In this document: positions 22,101 to 37,100 of the stretch, in pieces
Layout: every line of letters starts with the position of its first letter
Position numbering within the stretch: position 1 is the first letter of the stretch
Origin: Candidatus Omnitrophota bacterium
GTDB taxonomy: Bacteria; Omnitrophota; Gorgyraeia; Gygaellales; JAQTUX01
Direction of reading: 5' to 3'
DNA: 64,000 nt
Assembly: GCA_028707125.1 (NCBI GenBank)
Contig: JAQTUX010000002.1
Location: forward strand, 336,355-400,354
Made by a program: the position numbers and the translations under genes
Notes under the pieces: model-generated
Databases searched by the model: none
What the model was told of the DNA's origin: nothing
Seen by the model: only the letters and a program-made list of their open reading frames with translations

Positions 22101-25100
22101 AAACCTTAAAATAGCGAAGCAGCTTCCCGCTGCCATTCCCCGTGCTCCATCTTGAATGGCCTGCGACAATGGTGGCTGTATCCAAGATTACCTCGTTTAG
22201 CTTGGTCAGGCCTAATATTTTTTTAGTCCTTGCCCGGCATACCTTCTTCAGGTTTATGACTTCAAGCTCAAAGAGGCGATAGCGGCGGCGTATAGCATTA
22301 TTTGTCTGCCAATCCATCCTGTTTATTACCATGGAAAGGTTACCGACACTCAGTCCTAATAATACGGCTAATTCACCATTAGTTGATAATCCGCCCAGCT
22401 CCTGTAATCTTTTCAATATCGCGTCTTCAACCATCTTCGTCCTGGCAAAAATCGGCCGGACAAACGGCATCCCCGCGTTGAGATCACTTTGCTTAAAATC
22501 AATGCCCTGGAGCACGCGCTGTATTGCGGAATACTTAAGGTAACCCTGCAATAAATAGACGAGCTCCTCCAGCGACAGCCTGCCTCTTGCCAGCATAAAG
22601 GCCAGAAATATCCAATGGGTTTTATTATCCTGCGCCTCCTCGCGTATCCTCCGGGGAAGCTCAATGTCCGGCAAAAGACGATCGAGGGCATGACGGATAT
22701 CACCTCTTAGCCTGCCATTGCCGCCTAACCGCTTTAGGCTGTCAATGACATACTCTCTACCTCTTCCTGTTTTTTCCGTTAAGACATCAAGCGTGAGCCC
22801 TCCGTCTATTTGTTTGATGACGGCGATCAATTCCTGCTGGCTATGGACTAAACCCGCCTCTCTTTGCTCTTCATACTCCTTCAATAGCCTCCTGAGTTTC
22901 TTCCTGGCCGCTTGCGGCACTGCCTTATTCTTACTGAGACTGATCAGCGTATCTCTTATTTGCCCATTATCTTTTCCGGCCAGTTTTGCTAATTCCCCGA
23001 ATGTAAGCTGCCCGTTTCCGCTCCTGACTATATCCAATATTCCCTGCTGGGTCCTTGGTATCCCCCTAGCCGGCTCTGCCTTCAGTATATTCTTTATGGT
23101 CTTCCTTTGCTCTCCTGTAATATGCGGATTGTCCCGCAATCGCTCCAGCCTGTTCCTTACCGTACTTCTGGTGCCTGTCAGCGCTTCCGATAGGCTATCC
23201 AGAGATGGTGATCGCGCCTCCCGGATCATCCTCAATAGTTCCTGCTGTGTCCGCGAGATCCCTGCCGGAGGGCTTGTCCGCGCGATCGTTTTCATCGTCT
23301 TTCTCACCGCAGGCGCAACGTTACGGTTTCTCTGCAGAATTATGAGCCTATCGCGCAGGTAATCCGGCCGCTTATGTAAACGTGAAGCCATTATATCTAC
23401 AGTGGCACCCTCCCCCAACTCCATAACTAAATCCACGATTTCCTGCTGTTGCGCGCTCAAAGGATGCCTGCTGAGGGCCCTGGCAGGCTTAGATGAAACG
23501 GGGAGCTCTTTCTCTCCGTCTCCCTCCTGCGGCGGGGCAGGCGCGCTACTGGAGGCGCTCGGCTCTATTCCCATCGGCGATGCGGATTTATCAAGCGCTG
23601 AGGCGCCGGGTATTAAATCTTCCTGATAGCGCAAATTTTGCATTTTAACCTTAAGCGGCTTATAACCTCCCTGAGCCGCCTCCTCCGGAGTAACACCGGC
23701 TATTTTGACGCCAAATTCACCTAGACTGTCTTTCATGATATCAGGCCACTTACCTGCCGCAGCCGATGATGCAGGACTAAATCCATCTGGACCAGCGCTG
23801 CCGGAGGCACCATCGAGAAATACCTTAAAAAAGATACCCTGACTAAGCTCATCTTCGGTAAATACCGCATTCCTGTTTTTGAGCCACCAACGATAGAACT
23901 TGACTGCTTCATGCGTCGACTCCCACTCCAAGATCTGAGCCCCTTGCTGAAACTGCTGCTCAAAGACAACACCCAGTATCGCCGAGCCACGCCCACGCTT
24001 GCCATCCGGACGCGGCTCGGTCAACAACACGTACATGTCAGAATAACCACCGGATAAACCCATAATACCGGGGACATACCGGCCATAGACAAAGCCGGCC
24101 AGCTGCTGTTCCTTATCAAACAAACCGTATGCAAAATAGCCTGTAGCCCTGTTCAGGGTAGAATCCAGAAACCGCACAAATGACCCTGCGTCTCTGGCGA
24201 TGTAGAGATTACACCCCCTTGCCCGCCTGATGACAAACAACTGGCCAATAAGCGCCTGTTTCTCTATATCCTCCATATCCGCCCAGAGCCGGGTAAGGTC
24301 CATGACTGACTCTTTATCTCCCCAGCTTCGCAGAATATATTGCCCGGCGCTGTTTATCTTCTTGATCAAACTCGCGGGCAACAGCCCTTTCTTGATATTT
24401 TTTCCGTTCTGATATAAGCCCGTAACGCTCCATATGATATCAATAACCTTCCCCAAACTGCCGGCCCCAGGCCCTGATAACCCTCTTACCGCCCCGCCAC
24501 CCGCCTGGGTCGGGTCAACCGAACTGCTGGAGACGCCGGAAGGCACCGGTCTACCGTTTCCGTCAAGGTCAATGGGTTGCTGCAACGCCGTCAACGCACC
24601 GCAGGGACTGCTGGACATTTTCTTTAAGAGAACATAACCCTGGAATCCAAGCTCTTCTAAAGACGGATCGGCGAATATATGGCATCCGCTCTCTCTCGTC
24701 AGGGTATCTTCCACCTTGCGGGATATGGCATTGATGAGTATGGCCCTGCCACAGTCGGAAAGATACAAAGGTATATTTTCCGCAACAGATCTTAACATTC
24801 TATTGCCATAATCCAATACGTTCCTGAGGGCCGGCGTCATACACTCAGGGGATATTTCCTCTCCTTCTTCATCGTCAGATTGAGGCATACAGTAAATAAT
24901 GATATCGTATTGACCGTGCGCTCTTTCAAACAGGTCGGACACAAAGGTATTGACCATTGAAGATACTCCCAGGCGCTTAGCAAGCAACCTGGTATTCCAA
25001 ACCGCCATATCCTTCTCATCCAAAGAATCAACTCTGGCCCCTCTCAGCGCGGCGGATACCGTATCAAGGCCCATGCCGCAGCCCATCACCAGCGCATTCA

Positions 25101-28100
25101 TCCCCGGCTCAATATATCTTCGCGCAGCATTCGCGCTGATGACGCTTGAGGGGTGAACGCCGTAATGGACCATCGGCAATACGGGGATCTTCATCATAGA
25201 GGATACATCGGCATCGTCTATAAAGTAATGCAGGTTGTCCCCCGCTACAATACGGCTAAACTCGCCTTCTTTATTAAGAAACGCGTATGTATACCCGCAG
25301 CTTATATCAGACGCGATCTCCATGCCGGCAAGAAATAGCTCTTTCGCGTGGGCGCCTTTTATCATCCATCCATTACGGGCATAATAGCCCGCGATAGAGA
25401 TAACCGATGCCCTGTTATCATTTCTGAGGAAGCATAATAATATCGGTATATCCCCGTGATCGATCACCCTGATAAAATCACCCGGCCCTAATATTTCCGC
25501 ATCAGAAAGATTAAACGCTCCAAGCACGCAATGTTTATTTAATCTATCCAGAGGCACATCCGCAAACCTGAATTCATCATCACTATTTTGCCAAATTAAG
25601 CACTCATCCTGTATGCCCAGGGCGGCAAAGATATGCCTTGCGATATCCGCCTCTTGCTCGCTGACAGAGACAGCATCTTCGCTCATATTGTCCAGCAGGC
25701 CCGCGTTTATATGTTTCGATACCGCGCTGCTTGATGCCTGTGGCGGCAACAACCTGATTTTCCATTCATCGCCGCATGTTGAGAAGTTATCTCTGCCGAT
25801 TGTCTTGCGGAAAAACCTCTGGGCATCTAAACTCATGGAAGGCGTTGATATCCAATCGCCGATGGAGAAACCGTGGCTTTGGAAGAATTCAACCGCGCTA
25901 CCCCACAATGCCCTGCCTATACCGTTTAATCTCCTTTCTTTAAAACAGTAAATATACTGGAGTTTACCTTTGCCTCTCATTATTTCGATTTTGATATACC
26001 CCGTTGGCCTTACATCGTCTAAAGCAACCAGCAATTGCATTATTAATCCGGGAGAAAAACATATGCTTGCGGATATATCATTTCGCGCAGATTTTATGCT
26101 GCCGCAGTATCTTTCTCTGGCCAGAAGCTCAATAAATGCTTCGCGCTGCTGTGGGGTAAGCCGCAATAACGTTTCCACCTGTATTTTATCGCCTGCAGTG
26201 CAGGCGTCGCTCCCACTCCCCTCCTGCGGCGGGGCAGGCGCGCTGCTGGAGGCGCCATCGCCGTTCCTGTTTATCTCTGCTACACGCCGACGCATAGCGC
26301 TATACACTTCTTCATCAATCGTGGGCGCTTTTATTGTGGGTAACAGGTGCCTGTCCGCATCAAAGATTCTGTTGTAACGCTTATAAATGCTGGACAAACG
26401 CGCATGGATAAAAGCTATAAGAACAAATAACCCCCTGTCCACGGGGCGAAGGGCAAATGCCAGATATAAGTCAATAAGCGCGTCTTCATACATTAAGGCG
26501 TCACCGATGGACTGCTTTCTGAGGTCGCTGTCAAATGCCCTATTTTTCTTGTCCAGGCCGGACTTATAAAGCAATCGGTACATCTCGTCATGGCGGCTCA
26601 CGATCAACATCACAGGATATATTTCGTAAAATGAGGCATGCGTGTTAGAACGCGGGAAATCCCGCGGCACCCTTATGCGATGGACAGACATTAAATCCAG
26701 CCGGCCCGAACTTCTGAGGTAATCATTAACGGTCCTCTCTGCCGAATCAATATATCCCCATCCATAGGTTTCAATATCGGATGTAGCGAATGTAATGACC
26801 ATCAGGCCGTCTTCCCTCAAAATATCAAGGCCTATATTAATAAATGTAAAGCTGGCAGGGCAATTAATAGAGACCAGGTCTTTTGATGCTTCGATCAACC
26901 CGGCATTCGGCAAGCTTTCTTTATCGGCGAGATCGATATGCCGGACCCTGCCTGCGGCCAATGCCTGTCGGTCGCAATTCCTGTCAACGTTGACGCTGCC
27001 TTCGCCCGCCCGTATTCCAACCCGATTGAGCAATGCTGTCAGATTATCTCCAAACTCGCCTTTCGGGCCGGATGCGATGTCGGCAAAATCCACAATGCCG
27101 CGAGAGGCAAAATGCTCTCTTAACAGTTCCGCGAAGGAATCTGCCTGGCTGTCGTTCTGCCCCTCACCCGCGCTGCTGGAGGCGGCCTTGTCAGTTTTCC
27201 TCCTGCGCCCCTTACCGGCGATATCCATCTGCTTTCTTTTCTGGCGGTATATCTTTATCAATTTTATAATATCCGCGGCAACATTCTCTCCCTTTGCCAT
27301 CCTTACCGCCAGCCCCTCTAATATATCCTCCGTAGGCCTGGGTACCTTTGGCCCGCCATATTTCCTGTATAACTCCATGATCTTGGATTTAAACTCCGCC
27401 AAAGCATCTCCATCTATCCTCTTGAGAGCCACGCGTTTCCTCTCTATGGAAGCGATCAGGGCGGCGCGCGATTTGTCGCCGTTGCTTAAGGCATATTCCA
27501 TATCCTTATTGCTCTTGCGCTTCCTGGCTTCTTTGGTCCAGCAGGTCCTGATATCATACCCCATCAATATGTTAGGCAGGACATCCTCATATCTGACCTT
27601 AAGCTTCCTTGCCGTCTTGACCGCTTCCTGCTTTGACTCCTCGATCAAGCCCGCTGCCGAGTTAAAATCCATGCCTGACCTTATAAGCGCGACCATGGCA
27701 TCGCCCAAGGTCACCTTATTCCGGTGCGCGAACGCCTTCGCCCTGGCCTTGCTTTCAATAAGATCATCCAATACGCCGCTGCCATACTCGCCGATGATAA
27801 TCAGCAGCGCGACATTGAAAGGAACCCCTTTATGCCCTTTCTGGATCGCCTCTATCTCCGACTTAAGGGCCGGCGTAATTATCGGTTTGCATATGCCATA
27901 GCCGCTGTCTGAGGTCATCGCAACCAGCTCTCTCTGCAATAATCCGGAGCGCACACTGCCGCTCATATCGCGGAGCCTTCTGTTCTCACGCAATTTCATC
28001 AGATAGATCACGATGACCGCGGCGGAAAGCGATAAAATTATCTGTACTACCGGGCTGCTGGAGGTTTGCTGCTCATCCTGGGAGTTATACAGCCACCGGA

Positions 28101-31100
28101 CGGCCTCTACGCTGCCGTCCGGTCCGCACACAACCCTGTTCTTCCCCTGTTTTGAAACTACCTCAATGATAACAGCTCTATTTTCGCTGCCAAACATATT
28201 GAATCTCGTGACGTCAACATAATACACCGGGGGCCGGCGATCATCGTTACTGCTGATAAAAATACTGTGCCTGCCGCTGCCGGGGAAGATCTGCGCACAA
28301 AACTGCACCTTGGTTCCTCCAAGCAAACCCCACTCCCTGCAAACAACATGAGACCTGCTGGAAAAATAATCTATGTATATGTCATCTCGCGCGAGCCCCA
28401 TAAGGCCGGTTGCCGTACCCACTAAGTTATCTCCCGGGGCGTATACGCGCACACCTGTATTTATACCTTCATAGAATACCTCTTCGCGTATGCCTCTTTG
28501 AAATTCCATAAGGTAAGAGGCGCCGGCGCTTAAAGGCATGCCGCCAAGCATTTCTTCGGGAACAAGGACTATGCCTAAGCCGCCGCTGTCCTCCAAGAAG
28601 CAGTCCCTGTAACCCTGCTCAATGGTCAGGTCGATGAATACCCTCCTGCCGTTAAGTTCAGCATAATTATACGCATGGTTATAGGTATCGCCTTTGACCC
28701 CACCCGCGGTTAAGAACATTCCGCCGCTCAATCCGCGGCCGGCAAACCGGCCAAGGGCCATAAGCCCCGCCCTGAAGCAGTCGCCTGTGCGCGGCAGGGA
28801 AATCCCTTCTTTCCGCTTATACGCTTCAAAATCGCTCAATACCCCCGCAAAGCAGGCGATCTCTGCGGAATCAAGCCATCGCAATACTTCATCCAGCGGA
28901 TATCTTTCCAGGAACAGGTAGCTCATCAAAGGGACAAGATTATAGGCGTTAAACCGCACCATAAAACCCGCGTCACCGGAAAAACCCCTTAGAAGCCCGA
29001 CCGGCAGGACATTCCATTCTCCTCCCCGCGCTGCCTGGAAGAAACGATATAGCAGCGCCCCATTACGGTCATAAGCAAAGCTTTCACTGCGGCCGTCGGG
29101 ATAATTAAACCTGTCCGGCTTCCCGGAAATATTAAACAATGCGCGGCCGGCTTCTTCGCCGCGGCTGTCTCGCGCTGTGATGACCGCCAGCCGCCTGCCA
29201 TCTTCAGGGTTAAGCTTAAACTCATAAGTATATTCGCCAACGCTGATCGATCCTCCCGGGCTGCTGGAGGTGCCGCCCTGCGGCAACTGGACCATGAAAT
29301 CGATCTCTACCCCGTCGCCTTCTCCTGCCTGATGCTCATACCAGTATGTCGGCTTAGAATAATCATCGGCAGAGGCGTCCCAGACACGCTTCCTTCCTTT
29401 AAGCGTCCCCTCAGCCGGCGCAACCGAAGCCACGCTGAACTGCGCCATTAATCCTTCTTGCTTACATCGCTCAAGAATACCCGTTGCCAAAAGGCGGATG
29501 TTACGCAATGACGACGGTTCAACAGCCTTAGACACTTCAACAGGAGCACCCGTTATGGCAGCGGCAGGGAAAGACCCCCTCATAAAACGCAGTCCGAGTA
29601 TTGGGCGCGGCCCCAGATCCGGCCCTTGTACCTTAACGACCTCATCATGGCCGGATTGCCAATCTGCGTTAATACCTTCTACATCATTATCAAAATCGCG
29701 GCAGGCGATCTTCAGAAAACTGCCTTGGGGATAAGAATTCCGGATCACGGCAAAAACCATATATCTGCCTTTACGCTGGGGAACGCGGCAGAGCCGCTGC
29801 GCCAAAGCAGTAATGAGGCCTTTAAGTTCATTTAACTGCGCCCGCTCCACATTAATCATGCGGCTAACCTCATTCAACAAATTATTTACGGCAACACTCT
29901 TACCGCCAATCTTAAACCTTACCCCTGGCTTCGCGCCCACAACTACTTCTACCGGCACGCCGCCGGAGAACAATCTCCCAAACCGTTTGTTCAACATATT
30001 CAGTTCCGCTTCTTTACCTGCGGCCAGATAATAGAGAAGCTCGTTCCATATGTCGCTCATGCGGAACAGCGGCTGGATCCCGGTTTTCCCAACCGCCTCT
30101 CTGGCGCCTATGTTGACTCCTTCCTGAGCCCGCGCGCCAACAACAGACAGCTCATAAGAAATCCTCTCCCCTAAAACCTCCATGCTCAACAATGGTATCG
30201 CTTCAAGTTCTTCATCCACTACAACCGGAGGCACAACGCGTAAACCCAGCTTCCAGGCAAGCTCAACGGCGCAGCCTAAAATCCTCAGGAAATAATAGGT
30301 ATATTCTTTGGGATTGGTCACGGCAAAGGGGTTGCGCTGAAAATGCCAGGCGTAACAACTCACCTCCGCGTCAAAGACCAGCATCCATACCGCATCGGTG
30401 GCGCTGTTTGAGCCCGCAGCTCTGAAATACGGCAGGCCTGCCTTCTCAAGGGCGTTGATCACATGATCCAGGACGCTGTAAAGCACATACTGCTCGCAGT
30501 AGCCGCCTATCCAGGCCGAGGCATCGGCGTTGTCGTGCCAGGTGCCGAAAGGAATATGGCTTAGCCGCGGCAGGCATCCCACCCCGCCTGCCTCCATCCG
30601 GCTTATGAAATCGATCATATCTCCCGCGGTCATAAAGCTGGCTGCCGCGCTTCTGCTGACCGCGGCCAGCTTTTCGCTCCAGATCATCGCCCCTTCCAGA
30701 TAATTGGGCACCAGATTTTCTGAATCGGTAAATTCCGAAGTAAATACGAAGACCCTGTCGGGGGACGCGGCCCTGGCCCAGCCGGCGACATGGGCTGCCA
30801 TCTTAGAGGCCTCTTTGCTGTCGCTTGGCTGCCGAGGTAAATCCCTGTAATCAGTCCAATCATTTACTCGGCGTAAGGCCCCGCCTTCAAAATCCACGAA
30901 CCTGTCAAAAGAGTATGGACAAAGGATGAGGCCGCCATGGGCGGTTTCATAAACAAGGGGCGTTGCCCGGTCAGCACACATGCCGTTGGCGGCTATTATC
31001 TTATAGAAATGGTCCTTGCCCACATAAACCAGACGTATACCCTGCTCAACAAGGAGCTCGGCTGATCGCGTATCCATATTGCCTTCGGCGTTCCATATCC

Positions 31101-34100
31101 ATATCATCTCCTGGCCGTAGACCTGCCGGCAATGCTCGCGGGCGAGAATGATCTGGCTGCGCACGTCCTGCGGCCGCTTTAAATCATAGGTATAAAAAGG
31201 ATTCAGCCCTGCCTCCCTTGATGCCCTGGCCTGGTCGGCAATGGCAGCGAATATGATGTGCGGGGTTACGCTGAAATCGATCTGGCCTCTTTCACAAAGC
31301 AGCGCCACCGTATTAGGAAAGATGCTCATCGCCTTTGTCATTTCATATACCATCCGGCATAAGGCCATATCGTCTGAGGCGAGCGCTATCAGGTCGGTTG
31401 TATCCAGGAACTCGCGGAAATCAACCCTGCGTTCAAAATATCCGGCCCGCGAGAACAAGGATCTCTTATCTCCGGAGAAATATGCCTGCTTTCTGCCCTT
31501 TACCGGAATACCTGCCAGGACCGTGGGCCCCGCTCCTGCAAATGTCGGGCGGTTGAAATGCGCCAGGTTCTGCCCCAAAAGCAATGCCTTCGCTATCTGC
31601 GCCCATATAAGGATATTTCTTTTTGCGGCTTTAGAGAGATCCTGCCTGAAAAATCCGCCTTCCTGCCACTGTTCTTTCCACAGCTCAGCGAATACTGCCC
31701 AGGTCTTCTGATATTGCGCCGGCAGCTCTCTCGCCCTGGCCTGGGCGTATTTGATGTCTTCGCTGTCCCAAAGCGTATATGGCTTGAGAAACAGTCCTAT
31801 GTCTCTGTCTAAAGCGTCTTCCTTAACCAGGGCAGCGACCTTATCCTTGATCATGAAATAGAAGAACCTCCAGACCAGCCGCGAAAGCCCCAGCCATCCT
31901 GCCAACACGTAGAGCAGATAGAGCCACCTGAACCATCTTCTGCCCATAACGCCGCTAAGCGACTGCGCGTATTTAACCAGCTCTTTTGAAAGCGTGTAAG
32001 AAATGCTGTAGTTATAGCGCGTCCCTGCCATTTCCGGAGAAAGCATCATGAGCAATATGGCCAGGTAGGTGGCAAAATAATGCAGGCGCGACCAACGCAT
32101 ACCCGGCTGATGGCTGTTCAGGGTGAGCTGGTAGAACGAAAGCAGCGCGCGGGAAAAGTCATCCTGGAAGCCGAGGCCGAGGCGGCGGCAGGATTGGACG
32201 TAGACGAACAGCTCCTCCGTGTGCGCGGCAAAATAGGCATGGCTGTCGCTGCGCGCCTTGGCGCAGGCAGCGTCATGATCTAATGTATTGAGGTATTTTA
32301 GCTGAGTGGTGAGGCGACGGTTGAAGTCGGCAAGATAGGCGGTATCCGATGTATCAGAAAGGCGCTCGATCAGCAGTTGATGAATACTGATAAGCAATGT
32401 GTCTCCGTCTTCATTCACATTTAACGTAAATGCCTCCTGCCCTGCCTCGGGCACAAGATAAGCATTTACATATTTGTATCGGGGCGGGGCGTGCATAAGT
32501 ATGCCGTCCAGAAGCGCGTGCAAACGCTGCGCCATTGCCGTCTGTTCTTCCCCGGAAAACGATGCCGCATCAGCCGCGCAAGGGGCGAACTTCCCCGGGG
32601 ACAACTCCCTCTCAAACATAACACGCTTGCCTGTACTTGCGCGCGCTACCGTGCCGCAGCAGGACACCGAGCTGCTGGAGGCGCCCATGCCCCAGCCCTT
32701 ATCGCTCCTGGTGTCGGCAGGGATGGTTTCCGGTACCCTTGCTTCCATATCTACTATGAAGGAGCCGTTAAAACATTCAGCCGCGTATTGCAGGGCCTTA
32801 ATCCTGTCTTCGGGGCTCTTGCTGTTGTAACCCGGCACCACGGCAGCGCCATACGCGAAAAGCGTGTCCAGAAGCCATAACCCGGCATCCATACCCGCTT
32901 CATTTGCCAGCTGCCTTACGCGCCTTTCACATCCCACTGAATCATATATATGTTCGTCCAGCAGCCCAAGCTTATTAAGGGTGGCCGGCGCGCCCTTGCG
33001 CGCTATTACCCGCCTGGTACGCGGCCACGCGTAATACATCAACTCATAACGTAAAGCGGTAAAATCCACCACGGCCGCGCCGGTCTGCCAGCCGCGCATG
33101 CCTATCTCTATCCAAAACCGGATTTCACGCTCTATCAGCCCCTTGCCGTAACCCTTATCCCTTAATTCGCTCCCGAGCGAGCGGGCATTCCGGTAAACCC
33201 TGCCGCCATTGTTAATGAATCCTCGTTTCACGCAGAATCTACAGTCAATTTCCAATACCTCGCTATCCAGATAAAGCGCCTTTTCAATGCGCTCGCGCTG
33301 CTGGATAATGTTAGTAAGCATATCCGCGACAATAAGGACGTCTGTTTCTTCATGGAGAACATGCACGACCTTCAGAAAAACAATATCAAACAGGCCGGCC
33401 TTCCTCGCCTTAAGCAAATCTTCGGAAAGCGAGATTATAAGGCGTTTGACGTCGTCAAATCTTCTGCGGGCGATCATAACTTCCTGTATCTGACGGCCTC
33501 CGTTATAAGTATTTCTCAAATATGCATATAATTCCGGCGGCAGCCACTCTCCAGTGCCCCGCTCGATCACTTTCAATACGGCAGGGTGCAGGCCATCCAT
33601 AGCGCGCCCCCCCTGTTCCGCGCCAAGCGGCGAAGAAGATGATACAATGCCCATCATCTTTAATGCGCCAATAAACAACCGGTATTCGGTATCAGTCAAA
33701 TCGTTAAACGGATATCTGCGTGACAATACTAATTCCGGAAAATCAGCCTCCGATTTCAGGCCTCCTACATCACTAAGATAGAGCGCGCTGACAATCTTCT
33801 CAATACCTATCAATTCATATTGGTTTTCGGTAATAATGATTATATTCTTTACTGCGGCAAGCACGCCTGTCCTGCGGTTATCTATAAAATCTTGCGCCGT
33901 GGCAATAAGGTCGTGGGCATAAGGAATTATATATCCTTTCTCTCTTAAATTGGCGCAGACGCTATCAATAACCGCGTCCATTTGTCTGCAGGCCAGCAAA
34001 CTGCCGTTCTCGTATAAAATGGCTATATCAAGATCGTCTTTTACTTTTTGGCGCCCTTCCGCGAAGCTTCCGTAGAGAATAATTGAAATTCCGCGATCTA

Positions 34101-37100
34101 AGCCCAAACTGTCCCTTACCCGCCTCTGCGCTTCCTGAATGTCACCTATTACCTTATCAGTTGATAGCGGCAGGCCGCTCCTGTGCGACGAACTGCTGGA
34201 TGATCGCGGATGATCCATTTTGTCCGGCCTGCCGGCCCTGCCATAAAATATCTCCCGTAAATAACTCCGGATCTTTTCCCTGGCTATATCGCAAACAATA
34301 TGGTCGATTTCGTGCCTTCGTTCTTTATGCCTGCCGAAATTTCTGCCGAATTCCTCCGCCGTAAACCGCTCAAAATAATTAGTGAGGTACGGTTCGATCA
34401 GCCCTAAATCCCGTATAACCCTTCTGTTATAATTACCGGCGATCCACTGATAATCATGCTCTGGAGTGATCGCCCCTTCATCAAAGATCTGGTCAACATC
34501 AAACCCCTTTACCCTCCTCAGGGGGTCAATGCCCTCCGCGCCTCCCGTCACCGGCACGCCGTAATTCATGATCATAACCCGCTCATCGCCGTCCCAGACC
34601 CCCAGTTCCCACATATTTATCTGAAGCCCTCTAAAATCGCGTATCGCTTCATATGCCCTCTGATACGACGGAAGGCTGTCCCGTTCTTCATTTGATAATT
34701 TATCCGCGCGCCTGCCGTATATCTGAATGGCCTCCGCCGCCCCTTCCGCCATAAGGATCGTAAGATAAGGCCCCAGATAAAGTATTTTTTCCTGAAGTAT
34801 TATTTTGGGCAATACCATGATTTCCCCGTCAGGCAGCGTGAATTTGAAATCTTCTACGGTCAGGGTTGAAGCGAAGAGGCTGTCCAGGCTGCTTTCCTCT
34901 ATCCTTAATCCGGGCTCGACCAGCCCGTTAAAATTATTCTCGTAATCCCGCAGGTATGCCTCTTTGTCAAATTGAGGATCATCAAACGGCACGACGGGTA
35001 GGAGCATCTTTATTACGAAATACAGCCCTTTGTCGGAATAGGCGATCATCAATCTTCCGGTATCACCCCATTGCTGCAATCTTACATTTTTGATCCGCTC
35101 GTATACCGCCTCCACGATCTCCTTTTTAAATCTCCAGCTTAACTGATCAGGGTCCAGCCCATACCCGGCAACATGCCTTCTGAATACACCGGATTCATGC
35201 CTGGTCTCATATAGCCGTATTACACCCTCAATGATATCTTCAATAACGGCCTCTTTATCTCTCTTTATATATTTCTTTATAAGGCGATTTATGCGATAAA
35301 CGCCTTCTAAGAAAACAAAGAATATATTCTTCGCTAAGAAATACGCGGTGTAGGGCGCCATATAGAGGTACGACGGCAGCTCATTAAACAGGCGCGATGC
35401 CCCCTGCATCCGGCTTATGTGTATCGCTTCCGCGGCCAGGATGATCGGCAGCGCTAACCTCTGTATCCAGGATATGAGGAAATTGGACTCAACCACCAGG
35501 CGCTTATTAAGGAACAGGACTCTCCTGTCAGGGTCAACCCTGGCAATCCTAAACCTGCCCCTCCCAAATGAATCCTCATATACTATGTATCTGAATCTTC
35601 TTCCCGCATTAATACTGTGTATTATTGTCAACAAGTCGGAATCCTTTGCCATGCCGATCTCCTGTTCAATAAATGAGCATAGCTTGTAATCTCTCCTGTT
35701 TTTTACGTCTGTGAAGAAAAGTATGATAAATGACCCTGCTGCCAACGCAAAATAAACAACCGCTCCAAAGGATCCCGCCAACGAAACAAACACGCCTATC
35801 GGTTCAAATACCGCCGGAAGGCCTGTAATGATAAATATCCCTGAAAATGACAGCCCTATGGATATGATTCCCCAGAAAATCAATCCAGGAAAAGATGTAT
35901 TCTGGGCCGCGCTATATAAGGGCATGGGTGCTTCCTGCGCCGGGCCAGAGGCGCTGCCGGCGGAACTGCCCTTACTTCCTGTATCATCAGCCCTCGTAAT
36001 ACAGATGCCATCCTTTGACACTACAATTCGTATCGCCTTATCATGTTTGACTATCTCTAATTTGCCAAGCAGGACAGAGCGCACTGTCTTTGTTGCCTTC
36101 CCGTCAATTATCACAGGTATTAAGTTCTGATTTTGAAACAATCTGCCTCTATTAACGCGCTCCAGGAATTCCGTTATGGTTAAACTCTCTCCGCCCTTGC
36201 CGCTGCCGGCCGGCCCTTGCTTGGCAGCAGATAAAGCAGACAACTGATCCTGCACCGCAGAAATGACCTTGGCTAATCGCCTAACCAGGTCCTGCCTGTT
36301 GTCATCCCAGTGCTTAAGATTCCTGGCTACGGAGGTATAGCTTGAATCTTCGGGGTGCGTGCCTGTATGGGTGAAAAACGCCATCCCGTCTAACTTCTCC
36401 GGATTAGACAAGGTATCCAAAATTATCCAAAGCAACGCCCTGTCCTTCTCATTCTTAAGCCTGCATAAAGAGCATATCTCCTCAAAACTAAAACGCGTCC
36501 TGCCTCCTTCGATCTTATTGCATATCAACGTCAATATCGCCGCCGCCATAAACTCCTGGTCTGACGGCTCGCCGCCCGGCGGCTGGTTGAGCGGGCTGCT
36601 GCTTTCAGAGGCGCCCTTTCGCCTCTTAATGGTTACCTGCCTGCCTATCACCTGCCTGCCTTGCAAGGTCTGGCGCGCGATAACTTTAGAGGAATACCTC
36701 CATAATGTCCCGATTTTTTCTCTATCTATCGCGGAGATCTCGATTTCCGGCTCCACTTTAAGGTCATATTTGGTAATACTATCAACTATCTTTTCGTAAA
36801 GCAGGTCAAATACGCGGATTTCCGCTATCTTACCATCGCTGCCGCGCCTGATATATAAATATACCGGCGCTCCGGACTCTAATTTATTCCCATAAATAAA
36901 TGCCCTCCTGAGAAGCGTCTTGAGCTCAAAAAATACATCCTGCCCAATGTCGCCTTCTAACCTGGCGGAAAGCTCTCTTGCAAGACGCAGGATAAATTCA
37001 AAGCTGCCCGAAGGATTTCGCCGCCCGAGTAAGATCTTAATCGCGCTGCCGTCAATAATGCCCTGATACAGAATAGATGGATTATCTCCCGTCTTTATTA

